From an uncultured Spirochaetaceae bacterium (lineage in GTDB: Bacteria; Myxococcota_A; UBA9160; UBA4427), in the NCBI GenBank assembly GCA_964565565.1, contig CAZMFM010000005.1, forward strand, positions 21,292 to 85,291: a stretch of DNA of 64,000 nucleotides, in the 5' to 3' direction. The position numbers and the translations under genes are program-made. The notes under the pieces are model-generated. The model saw only the letters and a list, made by a program, of their open reading frames with translations. It was not told the DNA's origin and did no database searches. Positions 59,288-64,000 of the stretch are shown here, piece by piece. The first letter of the stretch is position 1, and each line of letters opens with the position of its first letter.

Positions 59288-59689
59288 ATGGAACCGATGC
59301 AGGCAGAGATGCAGCCGATGCGAAGCGTCGCAAGCACGCCCGAAGAGAAACTCCAACGTCGCCGTGCTCGGCGTTGGAAGCGTCGCGCGAGGATTGCCGG
59401 ACCCTTCCTCGGCATCATGATCCTGCTCACGGCGCTCTCGCTCTCGGTCGACCTGATCGAATATCAACCTCGCGAAGACGCCCATCGCCTCTCGGACCGA
59501 CCGATCCGTCTCAGCCCTCGCCCGACCCGTGAGCGAACGGTGCGAACCCCATCCTTCGCCGCCGATTCCATCGCCTCGAAGACATCGAATCGCGACCCCG
59601 CGATCGGCTCGGACATTCGCACCCTCGATCTATCGCTGCCCTCGACACGCGTCGCGCGAGCCCCGACCGCCCCAGAAGCCACCCGTTAG
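59288..59689 (+). CDS. Hypothetical single-pass membrane protein
   Basis: ATG 59288 is preceded by AGAGGA. Basic stretch RRRARRWKRRARI, then TM AGPFLGIMILLTALSLSV. No recognisable family. Confidence 0.4.
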   Translation: MEPMQAEMQPMRSVASTPEEKLQRRRARRWKRRARIAGPFLGIMILLTALSLSVDLIEYQPREDAHRLSDRPIRLSPRPTRERTVRTPSFAADSIASKTSNRDPAIGSDIRTLDLSLPSTRVARAPTAPEATR

Positions 59690-59721
59690 AACGCGCGTTC
59701 GAGCGACGATCCTGTCGCGAA

Positions 59722-60756
59722 TCAAAACGCGTACTGCACACCGGCTGTCGTCGTCCAATCCGTTTCGAGGCCCGGCCCATCCAGCCATTGATAGACGGGC
59801 ACGCCCACTTCGACGGCGAGACGCAATCCCGAAAGCAGGCCCCCCGGCAGCGCGAAATTCACACCACCCAGCAGGCTGAGGCTCGCCGCTGCACGGCGGC
59901 CGGGGTCGGCTGTCGGGATGACGGCCGGATTGACGCTCGAGCTCTCCTCGCGCCCATGAATATTCAAGTTGTGTTGCCATTCGGCGCGCAGACTGAAACT
60001 CACCCACTTCGCAGCGTCGATCGCCCCCCACGCCGTCAGCGCATATTCATTCCCAAGCCGGTAACCGGCGTGGTTCTCATTCAATCGAATCCTGCCGCGC
60101 CCCTGTGCGCCCCAGGACCATGCATGATGATGCCCCGAATAAGTCAGCCCCGGCAAAAACTCATAGCTCCCGGATCCGAGCTGCATCGGATAGGGCAGAC
60201 GCACGGTGGCGCCGCCAGAGGCCGGAGTCTTGTCCTGCTCGGTAATCGACCCCGTCGGGAAGCTGAACCCAAGATTGCCGTGAATCTTGTGGTGATCCGA
60301 CGACCAGAGATCGACCATCGCGGTCGCGCTGACATCACCCAGCCCATCCGAGCGGGTCGTGAAGGTTCCGCCCATACGCGTCAGGTGATCCATTTCAAGC
60401 GCCACAAAGGGGACCATCACCATCATCGTCAAGCCGTCAATCGGCGAATGCATGACACCGAACATATGCATCTCCATGTCCATGCTGGTGGGCGTCACCA
60501 TGAAGTCCTGAAGTACTCGACTTCGCGAGATTCCATTGTTCCCGTCGCGCAGACCATCCATCCTCATGCGCATATAGCGATAGGAGAGCATTGTTCCACC
60601 GCGATGATGCGTATGGTCGGCGGCGACGCCAATCGGCGCGTGACCCGACGCGTGGCCTCCAGCCACGGCAACCAACGGAAGACTCCACAACAGTACGCAA
60701 ACCAGCGCCGCCACATGGCAGAACACGTTGGCTCCTCGATCTTCAATCTTGTCCAT
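59722..60756 (-). CDS. Outer-membrane beta-barrel protein (transporter / MetA-pathway-like family) with His/Met-rich segments
   Basis: Start at ATG 60756. Signal VAALVCVLLWSLPLVAVAGG, then HASGHAPIGVAADHTHHRGG and MDMEMHMFGVMH. Alternating beta-strand pattern ends in the OMP-type terminus AGVQYAF. Confidence 0.7.
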   Translation of the reverse strand: MDKIEDRGANVFCHVAALVCVLLWSLPLVAVAGGHASGHAPIGVAADHTHHRGGTMLSYRYMRMRMDGLRDGNNGISRSRVLQDFMVTPTSMDMEMHMFGVMHSPIDGLTMMVMVPFVALEMDHLTRMGGTFTTRSDGLGDVSATAMVDLWSSDHHKIHGNLGFSFPTGSITEQDKTPASGGATVRLPYPMQLGSGSYEFLPGLTYSGHHHAWSWGAQGRGRIRLNENHAGYRLGNEYALTAWGAIDAAKWVSFSLRAEWQHNLNIHGREESSSVNPAVIPTADPGRRAAASLSLLGGVNFALPGGLLSGLRLAVEVGVPVYQWLDGPGLETDWTTTAGVQYAF

Positions 60757-60921
60757 CCTATTTCCATTCCATCCCGACAAGGGAATCCATGCGTCGAGCC
60801 GGGCGGCCGATGAGGCCGCGAGCACGCCTGGAATCCAAACTTCGAAATACGACCCTCAGCGCCGCATTGCATAAACAGTGCAGGCCAAGAGGTCGAAGCG
60901 ATTTTCGAGCAGAGATGCTTG

Positions 60922-61410
60922 TCAGGTGGGAATTGGATCGATCAACTTCGCGGGCGCCGGGATCAACTGAGGCACAGGGCCTCTCGCCAGGCGGGCGGCC
61001 TCGATAGGCCAAGGAGCATCGAGCGCAGTCAGCACGAGTGGGCCGAGGCGCGCTGCACCACCGCCCACGGTGGCGCGCGAATCACCACAGCCGCACAGAC
61101 AGGTTGGCAGCCAGACCAGGGAGGATCCCATTGCGAACCGAGCATGAGGCTGGATCGCATCCGGGCTTTCCTGGGCGCCGTGATCAGCCGCATGGGCCGA
61201 GTTCGCCCGATGTGCCCGTTCGCCATGGCCCCCATGATGCTGCGGATGTGGAGACTGAGGCGTCATTCCCGTCGCAATCGACATCGAATGCGTCTCGACC
61301 GGTGATGCAGCGGACAAAAACTTTTCACCGTCCCGATCGCAGGGAAGAAAGGCAGCCGATAAATAGGCTGCGATCGCAAGGACGGCAATCATCTGGCTGG
61401 CGGAAGGCAT
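60922..61410 (-). CDS. His/Cys-rich hypothetical protein (possible metal-binding)
   Basis: 162 aa. N-terminal hydrophobic anchor MIAVLAIAAYLSAAFL. HPQHHGGHGERAHRANSAHAADHG and a CLCGCG motif. Lies upstream of the His/Met-rich OM barrel on the same strand. Confidence 0.45.
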   Translation of the reverse strand: MPSASQMIAVLAIAAYLSAAFLPCDRDGEKFLSAASPVETHSMSIATGMTPQSPHPQHHGGHGERAHRANSAHAADHGAQESPDAIQPHARFAMGSSLVWLPTCLCGCGDSRATVGGGAARLGPLVLTALDAPWPIEAARLARGPVPQLIPAPAKLIDPIPT

Positions 61411-61540
61411 CGAATCGACGCTACTTCACGACTTCCCTAGCCTCCAGCGCAATGCCCATGATCAAGCGCATCCGCAACAGACGGATGCAGTGGCCTAGTG
61501 TCTCAGTCCCAACCCGTTTCGAACCACTCAGGAGATTGCA

Positions 61541-62383
61541 ATGGAAACGCTCAGCGAATCGAAATGCTACGGCGGTATTCAAAAGACCATTCGCCATTTC
61601 TCGGAAGCCACCAACACGGAGATGAAGATCTCGATCTACTTGCCACCGCTATCGGAAACGAAATCGGTTCCCGTTCTCTATTTCCTCTCGGGACTTACCT
61701 GCACAGAAGAGAACGTCGCAGCGAAGGGCGGCGCGCAACGATTTGCGGCCAAAGCCGGCCTGGCCTTCGTCGCTCCCGACACGAGTCCCCGCGGATTGGA
61801 CCTACCGGGCGAGCATGACGATTGGGACTTCGGAAGCGGGGCCGGCTTCTACGTCGATTCGACGGAGGCGCCCTGGAGTGGCCACTATAGAATGTACGAA
61901 TACGTAACGGAGGAGCTGCCCCGTCTACTTCGAACGACACAGCCCATCGACACCGATCGCGCCTCCATCACCGGCCATTCAATGGGTGGTCACGGTGCGC
62001 TCGTCGTCGGCCTTCGTAATCCTGAACGTTATGCGTCGATCTCTGCCTTCGCCCCCATCGTTTCACCAACCCGATGCCCATGGGGCGAACGCGCCCTCGC
62101 ATCCTATCTCGGCTCGGACCGTTCGACCTGGTCTGAATACGATGCCTCGCGCCTCGTTGCGCGCGCGGCCCACCCCCATCCAATTCTAATCGATCAAGGA
62201 ACGGCTGATGGATTCCTAGAAGAACAGCTCAAACCAGAGCTATTCGAGTCCGCCTGTCGAGAAGGCGGACAAGCGCTCGTCCTTCGCATGCAAGAAGGAT
62301 ACGACCACAGCTACTTCTTCATCGCGAGTTTCATGGCCGATCACGTGGAGCATGCCGCGAAGGCGCTCAGCTCAGTTTGCTGA
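61541..62383 (+). CDS. fghA: S-formylglutathione hydrolase (esterase D family)
   Basis: 280 aa. SKCYGGIQKTIRHFSEATNTEMKISIYLPP, LSGLTCTEEN, GHSMGGHGAL and GYDHSYFFI are characteristic. Confidence 0.9.
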   Translation: METLSESKCYGGIQKTIRHFSEATNTEMKISIYLPPLSETKSVPVLYFLSGLTCTEENVAAKGGAQRFAAKAGLAFVAPDTSPRGLDLPGEHDDWDFGSGAGFYVDSTEAPWSGHYRMYEYVTEELPRLLRTTQPIDTDRASITGHSMGGHGALVVGLRNPERYASISAFAPIVSPTRCPWGERALASYLGSDRSTWSEYDASRLVARAAHPHPILIDQGTADGFLEEQLKPELFESACREGGQALVLRMQEGYDHSYFFIASFMADHVEHAAKALSSVC

Positions 62384-63323
62384 GTGCTTCAAAACTCGCT
62401 TCGGCCTCGCTCGCCAACTCAAAGAGTCGCGGGCCATCAATCCCCAGGCGGGCACCAACGGAAAGCAGTTCTTCGTCCAAGTCGGCCTGCTCGTCAGGCC
62501 ATCCCTCTTCAATCGCAACCGCTATTCGATGCCCGATCTCGACAGCCGTCGCCAACGAAGCACATTCCTCCGCAGCCTGCGAGGATTCGTGATGCGACAG
62601 GATTGCGTCACAGAAGGTTTCCGGAAACCCCCACGAAGCGAGAACCATCGCGCCTAATGAGGCATGGGTCGATTCACAGATGGCCTCGACGGTTTTGAGG
62701 CTTGGCTCCGCGCCGTCCTCTTGCCAGGCGGGGAGTTCAGAGACAAACGCAAGAACCACCAATTTCCCAAGGTCGTGTAGCAAACCCGCCAGAAAGCCCG
62801 AGCTCTCCCACGGTGGCAACTCGGCAGCGATCTCCTGGGTGGCCGAGGCGGTCAGCAATGAGTGCTTCCAGAGCTTCGTGGCTTGATCGCCGAGCCCGGG
62901 CGAACGCAGGACGGTCGCTCGAAGAGCCACGACCACGACGATCGTCCGTGCCTCACGAACACCCATTCGCATCAAGGCTTCGCGGACGTTAGGCACTTCT
63001 GTCGCCCCACGAAAATAGCTGCTATTGGCGACGCCCATGATGCGGGTTGCTAGAACCGGATCGCCATTCACCGCATCCGCGAGTTCGTCGAGATCAACCT
63101 CCGAAGATTCGATCAATCGGACGACGCGATCGACCGTCGGTGACAAAGAGGGAAGTCTCAGTCTCTTGCGCTTGATGGCGCGAACAAAGGGCTTCGTCCA
63201 GCGGACCAGACTGGCATCGCGCTCTGCGAGCTCTTGAACATCGCCGATCGCTGCTTCCGCATATCGCTCATTCGGCCGAGAACCCAGGCCCTCGTTGTCG
63301 ATCTCATCCACACCAGCGGCCAT
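62367..63323 (-). CDS. HDOD-domain signalling protein
   Basis: 318 aa. LPSLSPTVDRVVRLIESSEVDLDELADAVNGDPVLATRIMGVANSSYF and LLHDLGKLV. Confidence 0.85.
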   Translation of the reverse strand: MAAGVDEIDNEGLGSRPNERYAEAAIGDVQELAERDASLVRWTKPFVRAIKRKRLRLPSLSPTVDRVVRLIESSEVDLDELADAVNGDPVLATRIMGVANSSYFRGATEVPNVREALMRMGVREARTIVVVVALRATVLRSPGLGDQATKLWKHSLLTASATQEIAAELPPWESSGFLAGLLHDLGKLVVLAFVSELPAWQEDGAEPSLKTVEAICESTHASLGAMVLASWGFPETFCDAILSHHESSQAAEECASLATAVEIGHRIAVAIEEGWPDEQADLDEELLSVGARLGIDGPRLFELASEAEASFEALSKLS

Positions 63324-63496
63324 GACGCCTCCCGTATAGCCCTACGGCGCTCAACACCCTCGACTTGATGGGGCAAAGTCCCTGTTACGGCCTTGTCTCA
63401 GCAAGATGCAACGCATGCGCGAAAGTGACCGCAACCGAAAGCCTGCTTCAAGATCTCAGAAGCCAACGCCGATTTAACAAAAGGAGGAAGGGCTGG

Positions 63497-64000
63497 TTGG
63501 CCCGGCGAGGCCCCCTTTTGCGTGTAAAAGCCTGGATCCCTTTGACGCTCGTCGTAGTCGGTTCGCTCTTCGTGATCCGAAACACAGGCGTCCACGAATC
63601 GATCTTCTCACAATCGATTCCGGCCCGGCTCTCGAACGCATCGGGCACCAAGCACCCGGACCTTTACGCTCCACTTAAATCGAGCGCAGCAGCCGTGTCT
63701 CCGTCCATGCCCGCGACGGCAGCAATCGCTTCATCTGCCCAAGACATCGCGCAACCCATCGAAGCGACCGACCTCCTTCATGATGACTCGACCTCGGCAT
63801 CCGGCAGATCCGACAATCTGGATCTCGCCAGAGAGAGCGAAATCCGCCGAGTCCTCGAACGCGCAATCGAAGAAGAGCAACACACCCGAGCGCTCTATGT
63901 CTCGCCCGGAATCGTCGACGCCATCGCCTCCGACCAATCGCTTCGGGTCATCTTCGATCTGGGTGACGACTGGACTGAAGCGGAGACCGCGACCTTGCTC
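63497..64000 (+). CDS. Hypothetical membrane-anchored protein, 5' fragment (runs off the right edge)
   Basis: Not in the ORF track because it has no stop. This frame is open from 63326 to 64000. AAGGAGG (63481-63487) lies 9 nt before TTG 63497. The product starts MARRGPLLRVKAWIPLTLVVVGSLFVI (basic residues plus TM). Third codon positions are GC-rich. Confidence 0.5.
   Translation, partial: MARRGPLLRVKAWIPLTLVVVGSLFVIRNTGVHESIFSQSIPARLSNASGTKHPDLYAPLKSSAAAVSPSMPATAAIASSAQDIAQPIEATDLLHDDSTSASGRSDNLDLARESEIRRVLERAIEEEQHTRALYVSPGIVDAIASDQSLRVIFDLGDDWTEAETATLL

Noticed and set aside
1-64000. Scan for rRNA, tRNA, CRISPR arrays, transposases, integrases and prophage genes.
   Set aside because: None was recognised. 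Intergenic gaps are at most about 340 nt, and those I read contain no cloverleaf-like or repeat-spacer structure. A proper tRNA or ncRNA scan was not possible by eye.

Overview
High-GC (roughly 60% or more by eye) bacterial chromosomal window. It is densely coding, with about 55 protein genes. I saw no rRNA, tRNA, CRISPR array or recognisable IS/transposase. The host looks Gram-negative: two PEP-CTERM proteins and outer-membrane beta-barrels.

Most of the window is lipid, xenobiotic and acyl-CoA metabolism. This includes two P450+TetR modules, acyl-CoA and glutaryl-CoA dehydrogenases, thiolase, CoA-transferase, WS/DGAT, sulfotransferase, methyltransferases, GST, nitroreductase and a TupABC-type oxyanion ABC transporter.

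The outstanding feature is a 16.8 kb, seven-gene plus-strand operon (17582-34387). Every gene junction in it is a 4-nt start/stop overlap.
- It combines a PgsB/CapB-like amide ligase (710 aa) with a 959-aa protein carrying two tandem PgsC/CapC-like membrane modules.
- That 959-aa protein also carries two degenerate copies of a hydrolase-like fold. An apparently intact, signal-peptide-bearing copy of the fold is encoded two genes downstream (24002-24901).
- The remaining genes encode a CHASE2-type sensor with a degenerate kinase end, a 1776-aa secreted TPR plus C-terminal beta-barrel protein, a HEAT-repeat protein and an orphan secreted protein.
- No CapA/PgsA homolog is present. I read this as a non-canonical, envelope-spanning poly-gamma-glutamate-like polyamide synthesis and export system.

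Second-tier observations:
- Two thiol peroxidase/redoxin genes are split in the ORF track by in-frame TGA exactly at the redox Cys position (W-U-P-Y-C and F-T-P-G-U-T). Each has a downstream hairpin, so both are probable selenoproteins.
- An acyl-CoA dehydrogenase has its only ATG in another frame, and the two frames join at a C-CCT-TTC slippery site.
- Three genes are decayed: crotonase, methyltransferase and thioesterase.
- A DUF3127 OB-fold protein ends in an SSB-type DDDDIPF tail.

Two edge-truncated genes missing from the ORF track were recovered by hand. All family assignments rest on motifs read by eye and recalled family knowledge. None has been verified by search.
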